This document shows, one piece after another, positions 31,035-40,395 of a stretch of 57,837 bases of DNA. A model generated the notes under the pieces. That model saw only the letters and a program-made list of their open reading frames with translations, ran no database searches and was not told where the DNA came from. Every line of letters starts with the position of its first letter. Positions within the stretch are counted from its first letter, which is position 1. The stretch lies in IMG/VR virus record IMGVR_UViG_3300044557_000566. One strand, given 5' to 3'. This stretch comes from an uncultured virus (IMG/VR IMGVR_UViG_3300044557_000566). Its lineage: Duplodnaviria; Heunggongvirae; Uroviricota; Caudoviricetes. Made by a program: the position numbers and the translations under genes.

Positions 31035-34000
31035 TCATGATCGTTTGACCAACTGCGAGAGCGACGATCGCATTTTTGAAGATATCCTCACGCTAGACGT
31101 GATAGCGTCATCTCTTACTGACGCCTTCATACTGCCGTCCATGATTGACCTCACGTCAGCGTCAAGCGCTTCCTCCCTGAACAATCCCATGTCATTGACC
31201 AATCGTCGACCTGCTTCTCTCCCTCCCCACGTGTCAAATATCGAGTGGAATCCACTAGTGCTAATCATCATGCTCTTGTACAGTCCGACCACGATGCTAT
31301 CATCTTTGAGAGCATCATCTATCCTCGATTCAACCGTGTGGTACTGCGGTGTAAGCTCATATCCACGTCCGCGGAGCATGTTCATCAACGGCCGTATGAC
31401 CTGTGCTGGTTTGACTCCATCGGAAAGGCCGGGTATCACGTCATCATGATTGTTGGCAGAAACCAACCCCAGGGTGACGAGATCCCTATTCCTCATGATG
31501 ATGCCCCTCATAGCGTCCACGTCACCGCTAGTGACCCTATGGGCTTTCCTGTGAATGATGCCAGACTCGGATAGATCGCTGATAATAGAACTGTTCAGAG
31601 ATGACACGTCTCCAGACTTGAGGGCAGACGCCACAATGCGACCCTCCTGTCTGATCTTCTCCAGCTCAAGCGCGTTAGCGTGATTGTTGACCACGTTCTG
31701 CGCTATCAGCCAGCTATCGTCATCTTGCCTATTAGATGAAGATCCACTCCCCCTCTTCTTTGATATAGCCGAGGCCTTCTCGTTCACGTATGACCTCAGC
31801 ATGGACATCTTCTCCCTCTGTGATGCATCCCTGTACCCAGTGAAACCGGAATTCGTCTCCTTCCTCATAGCCTGATCAGCACTGTCTAGAATCGATGCCG
31901 TCACAAGATCCTCAGTGCTAGTGATCGATCCAGTGGAGAGGTCAGACGCTAGTCGTGAGCCGATCACCGAACCATTCTCATCATACATCTTAACCGTGGT
32001 GTCATCTGGCTCGATCCTCATCCCCTTCAGGGTCTTGGCCGTAACGCTCCTCTCGAATCTTGTCACGCCGTACAGTGTAGACAGAGTGAGTCCAGGATGC
32101 AGCTCTTGATCGTTGCCGTCGATAGCCCGTGGAATGATCACGTGGCCAGTTACCTTACCAGGATCTTTAGGGTCAATCCGGGACGCTCTTCCAATAGCCT
32201 GGGTGATGGCTCGCTCTGATGTCTTCCCCTTGTCACCAATGACCACGGTGTCGATCGTATCCACGGACACGCCCTCGCTCAGGATGTCCACGTTGGCCAT
32301 AATGTTCTTATGCGGATCCCACCCCCTCGTATTCCTACGAGCCCTCGTGAAGAACTTGCCGATCTTATCAGGTTTACGCTCCCCCTCGGTTGACTCTGAG
32401 GTCACTGAGGTGACGTTCGCGTTCATGGCGAGCAGGTGCAGCCTGGCTGCCCTCCTCCTACCCGGGTCACTGGAATCCCTGTCGATCATGGCCTGCCTGT
32501 CCGTGATATCACCAGACATGCTCATGACCACATTCTTGAAATGATCCCTGAAATCGTTTGACCTCCTGATTCCACCACTGCCACCTCCGCAGTACGCTAG
32601 AACATTATGGCTGGGATTCACTCCATCATCTTGATCTGACACTAGAGCGTTAGCCGTGGAGACTATGCTAGCATACGTGTCCACATCCATTCCACGTCTA
32701 TGAGGGCTATACGCCTCATTAGCCGCACGTGGATCCCTATCTGGCGCAATATAATCCCCATTATCATCAACGAGCCCAGATTCCAATTGTCCTCCCGGCT
32801 TCTTACTCCCGCCACCGATCCTCACCGGAATCATCTGGTAGTCAGCGCCTGCGAGATCATGATGGTCAACGGCTTCATTCTTCGATATGAACCCGCTGAC
32901 GCGCCCAACCACGGCTGAATCAGTGGAGTACACGACCATCCTGGCGCGATCATCATCATCCATCTCTAGCGCCCTTCTCTTAAGATCATCAATGGCCGTA
33001 TCTTGACTCTTCACGTCAGGCGGCTGATCACTTGTGGACTCCTGGATGACGGGGGTTGCTGTCATGTAGAGTCGATGAGACGCGAGCATTGATCCTGGTA
33101 TCCTGTTATCAAAGCTCCTGTAGCTCTGGACGCCCTCGTCAACCGGATCATTAACAGCGTCACCATCGTCAACCGCATCCTCATCATCGGCAGGACCGCT
33201 CGACCCGGTGGTCTTACTAGGAGCATTCCTCTGACCTAGAATATTATGGGCTTCATCATTGATGAGCAGGACAGCCTCCGCGTTCAGATGGTCTTCCTCA
33301 GCGATCTGATTCTGTATCTGCGCAATGCGACCAGAACTACGGTACGTTGACACGAGTATGATCCTCCGACCATGCATCATGTCATCAAGCATCCTCTCCT
33401 TGATGATGCTATTCGATATCTTACCGTTCTTATCCTGGACTTCCTTAGATGACGTGTCAATCTCGATCACGTCCACATCGTGCCCGCCATCCCTTATAGC
33501 GGCCGACTTCTCGTAATCCTTACTCGTACTATCGGCTAGAGCGACGGAACTCGTGAGCACAATACCAATACCGGTGGAGCCCGGCTCGCCCATCATCCTA
33601 GCCATGAGCTGCCTGCCCATGTACGACTTACCGGTTCCACACGCGGCCACAAGCTGCGTCTTCCCCTCTTCATGGAGAGCGTTGGCCGTCTCATCCATTG
33701 GTCCAGGCTGGATGTCCTTTGGAGGCCATTCGCCCCTAGGAGTCATGTGACCATCGCCATCATCTTCCATACCAAGATTACCGTAATAGTAACCATTTCT
33801 GAACATGGAGCCATCCCACGATCCGTCTTGAGGATCTTTGTCATTGACCCCGCGCTTACGCAATGTTTGATCGCGACCTACTCTAGAATAGGCGGCCTCA
33901 TTCCTCTCCTCGGCCATCCCCCTGGTAAGAAGCTCATGGGAGGAATGGGGGCACCTGTACTTGCCGACGTTCTCTGGCCTAGCATTGCACGGACTCCAGG

Positions 34001-34142
34001 TGCCGTCGGGATTCTCACCATACCTCTGCTTCACGTCTTCCCCTCGCTGTACGGGATGACGCTCGTCATGACTAGAAGAATGTTCTCGTAACGTTGCCTC
34101 AACCTTCTTCATAACAGCCATGACCTCCTCAATACTGAGCAC
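31035..34142 (-). CDS. SF2 DEAH-box helicase (Res / type ISP-like motor) with N-terminal Cys motif
   Basis: AACGTGKS, STYRS, NDEAH, MTATP, NVDILSEGV and QAIGRASR. Confidence 0.85.
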   Translation of the reverse strand: MLSIEEVMAVMKKVEATLREHSSSHDERHPVQRGEDVKQRYGENPDGTWSPCNARPENVGKYRCPHSSHELLTRGMAEERNEAAYSRVGRDQTLRKRGVNDKDPQDGSWDGSMFRNGYYYGNLGMEDDGDGHMTPRGEWPPKDIQPGPMDETANALHEEGKTQLVAACGTGKSYMGRQLMARMMGEPGSTGIGIVLTSSVALADSTSKDYEKSAAIRDGGHDVDVIEIDTSSKEVQDKNGKISNSIIKERMLDDMMHGRRIILVSTYRSSGRIAQIQNQIAEEDHLNAEAVLLINDEAHNILGQRNAPSKTTGSSGPADDEDAVDDGDAVNDPVDEGVQSYRSFDNRIPGSMLASHRLYMTATPVIQESTSDQPPDVKSQDTAIDDLKRRALEMDDDDRARMVVYSTDSAVVGRVSGFISKNEAVDHHDLAGADYQMIPVRIGGGSKKPGGQLESGLVDDNGDYIAPDRDPRAANEAYSPHRRGMDVDTYASIVSTANALVSDQDDGVNPSHNVLAYCGGGSGGIRRSNDFRDHFKNVVMSMSGDITDRQAMIDRDSSDPGRRRAARLHLLAMNANVTSVTSESTEGERKPDKIGKFFTRARRNTRGWDPHKNIMANVDILSEGVSVDTIDTVVIGDKGKTSERAITQAIGRASRIDPKDPGKVTGHVIIPRAIDGNDQELHPGLTLSTLYGVTRFERSVTAKTLKGMRIEPDDTTVKMYDENGSVIGSRLASDLSTGSITSTEDLVTASILDSADQAMRKETNSGFTGYRDASQREKMSMLRSYVNEKASAISKKRGSGSSSNRQDDDSWLIAQNVVNNHANALELEKIRQEGRIVASALKSGDVSSLNSSIISDLSESGIIHRKAHRVTSGDVDAMRGIIMRNRDLVTLGLVSANNHDDVIPGLSDGVKPAQVIRPLMNMLRGRGYELTPQYHTVESRIDDALKDDSIVVGLYKSMMISTSGFHSIFDTWGGREAGRRLVNDMGLFREEALDADVRSIMDGSMKASVRDDAITSSVRISSKMRSSLSQLVKRS

Positions 34143-34194
34143 AAGCTCCTAATCCGACTCGACAGCATCTGATAATGCCATCGAATCTGGCATG

Positions 34195-34239
34195 GTAACG
34201 CGCATTGACATATTCTCATTTTATGTCAATGCACGTTAC
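34195..34239 (-). terminator. 18-bp stem-loop between the DUF4238 gene and the helicase
   Basis: gtaacgcgcattgacata / tatgtcaatgcacgttac; the single mismatch is a G-U pair in minus-strand RNA. No U-tract follows. Confidence 0.55.
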
Positions 34240-34278
34240 GACATACTAGAATCGTTACCGTCAGACTAAATCTATCAA

Positions 34279-35325
34279 CTATGATAGTGGAAGATCCTTC
34301 CTTGGAATCCACACGGGGGAGGACGGGGCCCACGGAACATCCTCCATATCCATGATGAGACCAGCATCCGTTCCATGGATGAGGTCAAACAGCACGTCAT
34401 CATCTGGGAGCACAAGATAGGGAGGCCTCCAGGTGACCTGTGACCCGAACGCCTTGATGGCATCATATGGTCCACTCGCCCCATCAAGATCAAACTCCCC
34501 GCTAGAAGCAAGATACGCGATCGGGTACGTCCAGTTCCATATCGCTCGCATGGGAAGCCATTCCGTCAGCCATCTCATGAACCCGTGGTCCACGTTCAGG
34601 GGAGCATAGTTGATCGCGTCATCCCTATTAGACGCGGTCACCTGGTGGGCTTGCTTCGATATGAGATTATTCGCTATGTGAGCATCCCTGCTCACGGACC
34701 TCAGGGTGAAGTTATCCCTGAACTGGATAAGCGTCTTACCATTCAAAGACGTATCGGGCCATGAGACCACGAGCATCGCGTTACTCGATATAGGGATGAG
34801 GAGTTTGTCATCATCAGCATCCCACGCATACCCCGAGTCATTCAAGATGAAGTTCCTGTTCGTCCTCATGATAGCAATGCTAGCCGTGGAGAGAGCGGTC
34901 AGGGTGGCCGCGAAGATCATGATTCTCGTCGCATCCGGATCTAGCTGATAGCAGCAACGATACCATTCCGTGCGTGAGAACTCGTAGTGGGCGAACCTGT
35001 CCCTGGCAACGAGCCCAGCTATATAGGGCTTGAGGGAGAACCAGTACGACTTACCGTTGATCGAGTTGCCACCAGCCCGTATCGTACCTATGACGTTAGA
35101 TGCGAACCCCTCATAACCCCTCCAGGAGTCATCGAGATCCTTACCGTAGATGTTATTCTCCCAGTAGTACTTACCGCTAGCCCCGGAGTGAATGATCAGC
35201 CCGTCCATCGTGTTGATCCATGCTGAGTTATCGTCATCATTGAACCCGCTGACGATGAACCTGGGCACAACGTGCTGTCGATTGCATACGGGAGTAATGA
35301 CGCCGTGGCTCCTCTTTATAGACAT
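34279..35325 (-). CDS. DUF4238-like protein
   Basis: N-terminal RQHVVPRFIVSGF, later FILND and LIPISS motifs; GGAGG RBS. Confidence 0.65.
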   Translation of the reverse strand: MSIKRSHGVITPVCNRQHVVPRFIVSGFNDDDNSAWINTMDGLIIHSGASGKYYWENNIYGKDLDDSWRGYEGFASNVIGTIRAGGNSINGKSYWFSLKPYIAGLVARDRFAHYEFSRTEWYRCCYQLDPDATRIMIFAATLTALSTASIAIMRTNRNFILNDSGYAWDADDDKLLIPISSNAMLVVSWPDTSLNGKTLIQFRDNFTLRSVSRDAHIANNLISKQAHQVTASNRDDAINYAPLNVDHGFMRWLTEWLPMRAIWNWTYPIAYLASSGEFDLDGASGPYDAIKAFGSQVTWRPPYLVLPDDDVLFDLIHGTDAGLIMDMEDVPWAPSSPVWIPRKDLPLS

Positions 35326-35363
35326 GTGAAGACACCTCCCATTATCCCTTAATCTATTCTAGG

Positions 35364-35457
35364 TAATGAACCCCGCATAAACGTGGAATACATATAATTG
35401 ACAAACGATTTCATTATAACATAAGGTGGGATGAACCCCCGCATAAACGGGGAGTAC
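35364..35457 (-). CRISPR. Two-repeat mini-array of a variant type I-E-like repeat with one spacer of about 36 nt
   Basis: atgaaccccgcataaacgtggaatac (35366-35391) and gggatgaacccccgcataaacggggagtac (35428-35457); period 65; resembles the terminal array repeat. Confidence 0.6.
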
Positions 35458-35677
35458 ACTGGGAGCACGAGGAGATCCCAGTGTACTGAAATTATCAGTA
35501 ATGCGCATCGAGCATGTTCTTCATTAAACAGTTATATAAAGTTGTACCACATCATATATTCGCCTTATCTGCGAATAGGAGTCGCAATGAGCATTACTGG
35601 CCATCATTGGCGTGTCGTGATCTTATCCGGGTTATGATAATCACGTCAACAAAACGTGACAAGGAATAGGATTCATC

Positions 35678-35941
35678 ATGAGTGTAACGGTAAAGCCAAA
35701 GTCCTCCGCGAGAACGTACACGATCATCAAGATGCACCGTGGCCGCGTCTCAAAGCAAACGGGGACAATCCAGGAGCTTATCGAGTACTTCCATTACACC
35801 CTCGAATGCGGTAACGGTTGGAATCACAGCATCTCGCTCAACCCGCGCGGCGGGAGGGCGCTCGTGAACGCGCTTAACAAGTGCGTCCGCGAGCTGCAGG
35901 GCGGGTGCTTCAACCAGGATCACTACGAGCTTGAATCTTGA
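35678..35941 (+). CDS. Small phage-type hypothetical protein
   Basis: 87-aa ORF with TGATAAT promoter and AGGA RBS upstream. Confidence 0.7.
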   Translation: MSVTVKPKSSARTYTIIKMHRGRVSKQTGTIQELIEYFHYTLECGNGWNHSISLNPRGGRALVNALNKCVRELQGGCFNQDHYELES

Positions 35942-35966
35942 TGATAGTAAAACCCTAGGATAGGAT

Positions 35967-35992
35967 AATCGCCCCGCGCCAGCGGGGCGATT
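35967..35992 (+). terminator. Perfect 11-bp GC-rich hairpin after ORF 35678..35941
   Basis: aatcgccccgc-gcca-gcggggcgatt. Confidence 0.55.
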
Positions 35993-36076
35993 CCAATTCG
36001 GGGCGGGGTGACGCGGGTTGCTAGGCTCGTGAGCGCCCATCACGCGGCAATCCCGTGGGGGTGACCCCAAGCACGC

Positions 36077-36174
36077 CCCAGACGCATTCCATGACCCTTA
36101 GACGCTCGATCTATCATGGCATGTGTTTTTTTACTCACCTGTGTTTCGGTGCGTTAGAGCGCATCCTCCGCGCT
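36077..36174 (+). repeat. Long repeat family R2, copy 3
   Basis: ccagacgcattccatgacccttagacgctcg...gcatgtgtttttttactcacctg...gcgttagagcgcatcctccgcgct. Confidence 0.9.
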
Positions 36175-36193
36175 TCCATTCTGAACCGCTTGT

Positions 36194-36607
36194 TCAATGG
36201 AATAGAATCTTACGCACCTCGTCTACGCTCCCAGATGCTGCTGATAGTGCAACGCTCACGAGATCATCCACCGTGTACCCGCCGGTGGACAGCCCCTGGT
36301 ACTCCATAAGAGTGAGCCCAGCCACGAGAGCAGTCCGCTTGTTACCGTCCGGATAGCAGTGTCCTGTGGCAATGCGCACCATGAGGTCGACGATCTGGTC
36401 TTCAGCATTCTCATACTCCCTCGAGGCGAAGACAGTATAGCAGACCGCGTTAATGCCGTCGATCGATCTACGTGGAGTCAGGTTGAGACCAGCGCTAGCA
36501 GACAGTGACCCGTCGTGGGCAGCAGTGATGATGCTCACAATGGAATCAAGATCGTCATTACCGTCCACAGATAGGGGTGCGATCGTCCTATCCAGCATTA
36601 CTCTCAC
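36194..36607 (-). CDS. doc: Fic/Doc family toxin
   Basis: HCYPDGNKRTA Fic/Doc motif; 137 aa. Confidence 0.85.
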   Translation of the reverse strand: MRVMLDRTIAPLSVDGNDDLDSIVSIITAAHDGSLSASAGLNLTPRRSIDGINAVCYTVFASREYENAEDQIVDLMVRIATGHCYPDGNKRTALVAGLTLMEYQGLSTGGYTVDDLVSVALSAASGSVDEVRKILFH

Positions 36608-36723
36608 CTGTCCTCAAGCTCATGAAGCGCGTCTAGTACCAACCTACTACCCAGAACGTCGTGTAAGCATGATTCCGCCCGATCATGATCAAAGGAATCG
36701 TGGGGCTCATCTCTTGCCATCAT
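36604..36723 (-). CDS. 39-aa putative antitoxin for Doc
   Basis: Below the track cutoff. MMARDEPHDSFDHDRAESCLHDVLGSRLVLDALHELEDR; AAGGAAG RBS; its TGA overlaps the doc GTG (GTGA). Confidence 0.6.
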   Translation of the reverse strand: MMARDEPHDSFDHDRAESCLHDVLGSRLVLDALHELEDR

Positions 36724-36740
36724 CTTGATCTTCCTTAAGT

Positions 36741-36781
36741 TTAGTGACGGTTATAGTTTTTATATTAGTGACGGTTATAGT
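36741..36781. promoter_or_regulatory. 17-bp direct repeat upstream of the toxin-antitoxin operon (candidate operator)
   Basis: ttagtgacggttatagt at 36741-36757 and 36765-36781. Confidence 0.6.
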
Positions 36782-37020
36782 CTTATAATCGTTATCATCC
36801 TCATCGAGGACTTCTGATTATCGTTTATAAATGGACCCAACAGGAATCATGGATTCCAAGTCTGATAGCAGCCACCCGCTGCCGCAGCTACACGAATGAC
36901 CAGCCAAGCCCACCATATAGGGGACGTAAGCATTGCTCGCAACTCTGAATATATCACGAGATTAAAGACTAATAACCATAATCGTAAAGAATGGTAATCA
37001 ACGGCTATTTGATAACGATT

Positions 37021-37133
37021 ATGGAAGACGTTCTAACGCGCCATAGACGCACTTTTCCCCACGGGAGTATTTTTTTCACACGCCTTGACGGTACTTGCGT
37101 CTAAGGCGTCATGGAATGCGTCTTAAGTGCATT
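37021..37133 (-). repeat. Long repeat family R2, copy 4 (inverted, diverged)
   Basis: cgttctaacgc...gagta...caca...gcgtctaaggcgtcatggaatgcgtct, matching 19447-19530. Confidence 0.75.
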
Positions 37134-37636
37134 CAGGCATGAATCCAGAAGTGATCTACGTCTAAACCCTCGAAGACTCGCCTATTAACGATGATTTGTG
37201 GATACCATCATGTAACGATAAGATCATCACATATGGTCGATGGGGTTATTAGAGGAGTAGATTATGGGAGACATGACGAATCGTGATCATTGGAATCAGG
37301 ACGATTACTGGAAGTCGCTAGAGCGATCATTCAACAAGACGTTCATCAAATCTGTACGAGCAGGGGATCACCCCGAACGACTTCCCCTCATGGACGAGGA
37401 GCCAGACGACCCAGCTGCGCCCAATGGTGATCATTAACCATGATGATAATCGTGCGCGCCGCGTAAGACCATCTGCCGCAATGAGAACAACCGTTAACTA
37501 ACATTGCGTCTATCCTAGACGGGAATAAGGCCACCTCGAATAGTAAGCGTCTCAGCGCCCTGATGGCAGCATATGATCACATCAGGGGCTTGTTAGTTCT
37601 AAGAGGATCGACGGTACACGATCGGGACTAGAAGGC

Positions 37637-37987
37637 TCATTCTTCATAGGTAAGACCAGTCCACACGATCGTGTACACGATCACGACTCCAGCAGTGATC
37701 GTGTAAGCAGTAGATGCGAACCCGAATGTCCATATGATGATGAGCGCGAGGATGACCGTGAGGATCATGAGCAGGGAGTCTAGGAGCACGGACGCGCTTT
37801 GTAGCAGTATGATCCTCACGAAGGTGGTCATGGTGAGCACAAGCATCACCACCGTCGACCAGATCTTCACGCTGAGATGGACTGCGCCGCTGGTTAAGAA
37901 CAATGAGAACAGTAACGCGGTGGGTAGAGCCTCAACAATCCCCAGCATCCATCGCTCTGATAAGATCTTAATCATATGGAATAGCAC
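37637..37987 (-). CDS. Small membrane protein (4 TM)
   Basis: Highly hydrophobic 116-aa ORF. Confidence 0.65.
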   Translation of the reverse strand: MLFHMIKILSERWMLGIVEALPTALLFSLFLTSGAVHLSVKIWSTVVMLVLTMTTFVRIILLQSASVLLDSLLMILTVILALIIIWTFGFASTAYTITAGVVIVYTIVWTGLTYEE

Positions 37988-37992
37988 TTCTT

Positions 37993-38817
37993 CTAATCAG
38001 ATGAATCTTCACGTTTATCCTCCTGATCGCCCTCATGGCTGGGGGTAATCGGGAGAATAAACGCGCTGGCCGTAAATGACCCAGCTGGAATCTCAGTGAA
38101 CCCGGCGTCATGAATGATCACGTCATCCGATTCTGATGGTATTCCAAGCGTGGGTATGATCTTGTAACCGGATTCAGCCCAGCTATCATAGGCGTCATCA
38201 TCGAGTCTCATAACGGCAACCTGAACAGCGTGAAGGTATTGTGCGATTATCTTACCCGGGCTCATGCCCAGTTGACTGTTCACTGTCACCAGTAGAACAC
38301 CAGCACTGTCATCACTACCCTGTGGGGGCCACTCATCGCGGACCTTGTAGCCCTGCAGCTGGAGCTTGTGGACTGGCTTGAACCATTCCTCCCTCTGCAC
38401 GCTCTCTGGAAGCGGTGGAAGGACGATGCTTGCATTATCCTCATCTTCAGTGGTAGCGAGGGGGAGATCACGCGCTCGCAGGGCGTTGACGATGGCGGCG
38501 TATTTTGACGACTTCACGTGCTTCACGACCTTACGGATCCTCCCGTCAACCCATCTCTTGAGGAGATCATGATACTCTCCATCACTTGATGACAGCTGCG
38601 AGAATAGTGAGAGCATAGACGTAGACGCGAGTGACATAGACCCCTCAAGAGTCTGCAACGGTGAACCGTCCTGCCCCTTAGACGTCTTCATGATGATGAT
38701 CATGCTCACTGGATCGATACTATCGTCAATCCCATGATCATCATCCCACGCGCTTGTCTGCATGGTCTCACGGAATAGGTCAAGACCGTTCCTTAACGAT
38801 TCGTCTTTCTTTATCAT
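37993..38817 (-). CDS. Peptidyl-tRNA hydrolase, PTH2-type (actinobacterial two-domain form)
   Basis: GRIRKVV, MSPGKIIAQYLHA and IHDAGFTEIPAGSFT. Confidence 0.8.
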   Translation of the reverse strand: MIKKDESLRNGLDLFRETMQTSAWDDDHGIDDSIDPVSMIIIMKTSKGQDGSPLQTLEGSMSLASTSMLSLFSQLSSSDGEYHDLLKRWVDGRIRKVVKHVKSSKYAAIVNALRARDLPLATTEDEDNASIVLPPLPESVQREEWFKPVHKLQLQGYKVRDEWPPQGSDDSAGVLLVTVNSQLGMSPGKIIAQYLHAVQVAVMRLDDDAYDSWAESGYKIIPTLGIPSESDDVIIHDAGFTEIPAGSFTASAFILPITPSHEGDQEDKREDSSD

Positions 38818-38964
38818 TATTTACCCATGATAGTTAAGTTAGACATCCACATTCATCCATGCTCCTAATGATTGCTCCCTTTGAGTAGAGTGTTGATCTT
38901 GCCTACCGTGCGTTTCATCCGTACTCCAAGTTGAGAACGGAGTCCATCATCTAGATTCTTTGAA

Positions 38965-39429
38965 TCATTTTCGAAGAACAACCCTGTTGAGAAGCATCCT
39001 ACCACCCTGTACGTACACGAAGTCATTATCACTGGGATCATCCAGACCCTTGATTGTCTTCATGGTCTCACCGAATGTCTTCATGTCCTCCACGGACCCG
39101 CGGAGGCTAACAGCCTCATCCCTGAGACGATCACGATTCACCTCAGATCGCGGAATGAATCCCATGATGACATTAGCCTCAGAACGCTCGGACTCAGCCC
39201 TGTCCCTCGACCCGACCTTATCGTACTCCTCAGCGCTCTTCACGCGCTGGCGCACCTGGGTCTTGAGGAATCCAATGATCTCATCATCACTGTACTCGTG
39301 AGGATGCTTGCCCTGCTTCTCCTCATTCTGTAGGGATGACAAGAGCGTGGATAGGATCGTCTTCCTCGTGAGATTGCCGTTCTTCCATGCTGAGATCATG
39401 TCCTCATGAATCGTATCCCTAATAGTCAT
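38965..39429 (-). CDS. GatB/YqeY domain protein
   Basis: DMISAWK...LQNEEK...KTQVRQRVKSAEEYDKVGSRDRAESERSEA..I..FIP. Confidence 0.8.
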   Translation of the reverse strand: MTIRDTIHEDMISAWKNGNLTRKTILSTLLSSLQNEEKQGKHPHEYSDDEIIGFLKTQVRQRVKSAEEYDKVGSRDRAESERSEANVIMGFIPRSEVNRDRLRDEAVSLRGSVEDMKTFGETMKTIKGLDDPSDNDFVYVQGGRMLLNRVVLRK

Positions 39430-39597
39430 TGTAATATCCTCTTCCTCACATAAATTGACAATGACTCCATTGTATCACGGTTTTAGAATCATGGACAACT
39501 CACTTGTCTTCCATAATGCTCGATTATGTACTTATAGGTGTCATTACCTCAGACCCTTCGGACGATGCTTGATGTCTTTTATCTTACGCATGATCTT

Positions 39598-40383
39598 CTA
39601 TTCATTCTCCTTCACGTTAAGATTGACTCCGTTAATTTTATCGTGCACAGATGCATCTGTAGAGAATGAGTACTTATATGAATAACCATTCTTCTCTAGA
39701 TTTTTCGTGTCAGCATTACTAGGACGATACTTCTCCTCAATCCAGGAAAGATCAGACGAGCTCATGGTAAGATCATTGCCTGGATCAACTGGACTCATGA
39801 TAACGTTTATCCCCCTAGGGTAATCGTTAGCATGATGCTCTAGGTCGACAGAACCCTTAAACAGTGGTCCGTTACAATCTGACTGCACTGTCAGAACAAG
39901 ATCTTTCACCTGTTCCAGCATATTGTTCTCAATGGTGAACTCGACGTTCCCATTATGATCCGTGTGATTGTACACGACGATGAGGTCAGCTCCTCAAAGA
40001 TAGCCTACATTAGGTGCAGATGTGTCACCCCACCCGCTGTAAGATCCGTCTTTAGCAATGAAGAATGATTCAGAAGAACTTTTCTTCTTGAAGCTAAGAC
40101 CAGCAGACCAAGATCTTTCCATCTCCTTGTCTGTTCTCACCTGAACTGGGTATAGGTCAACAGCCCACTTATCGTCTTCACCTCTCTCATATTCTGATTG
40201 TCCAGCATAACAGTATGCTAGTGACGATCCGTTCTTGTCAGTAAGGTGGATCTTCGCTGTTAACGATTCCATGTAATGGGCCTCAGAGAATCCTATAGGA
40301 GAATCAGAAGCAATGATAAGAGAAGATGCCACCAAAACTATGATTAATAGGGTTTTGTATGATCTGCTCACGAATCTATACAT
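39598..40383 (-). pseudogene. Secreted-protein gene split by one in-frame TGA (39994-39996); paralogue of 40396..41151
   Basis: Track ORFs 39994..40383 and 39598..39975 are in the same frame (GYL*GADLIVVYNHTD) and align with the N- and C-halves of the neighbouring gene. Confidence 0.75.
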
Positions 40384-40395
40384 AATCTAATCTCA

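Noticed and set aside
31035..34142. Helicase as Cas3 or another Cas helicase
   Set aside because: No HD domain or Cascade genes; the motifs are of the restriction-type SF2 kind.
37363..37375. Half-repeat look-alikes ggggatcaccccg (37362) and cgtgggggtgacccc (36054)
   Set aside because: Only 12-15 nt, with no second hairpin arm; cannot be distinguished from chance.
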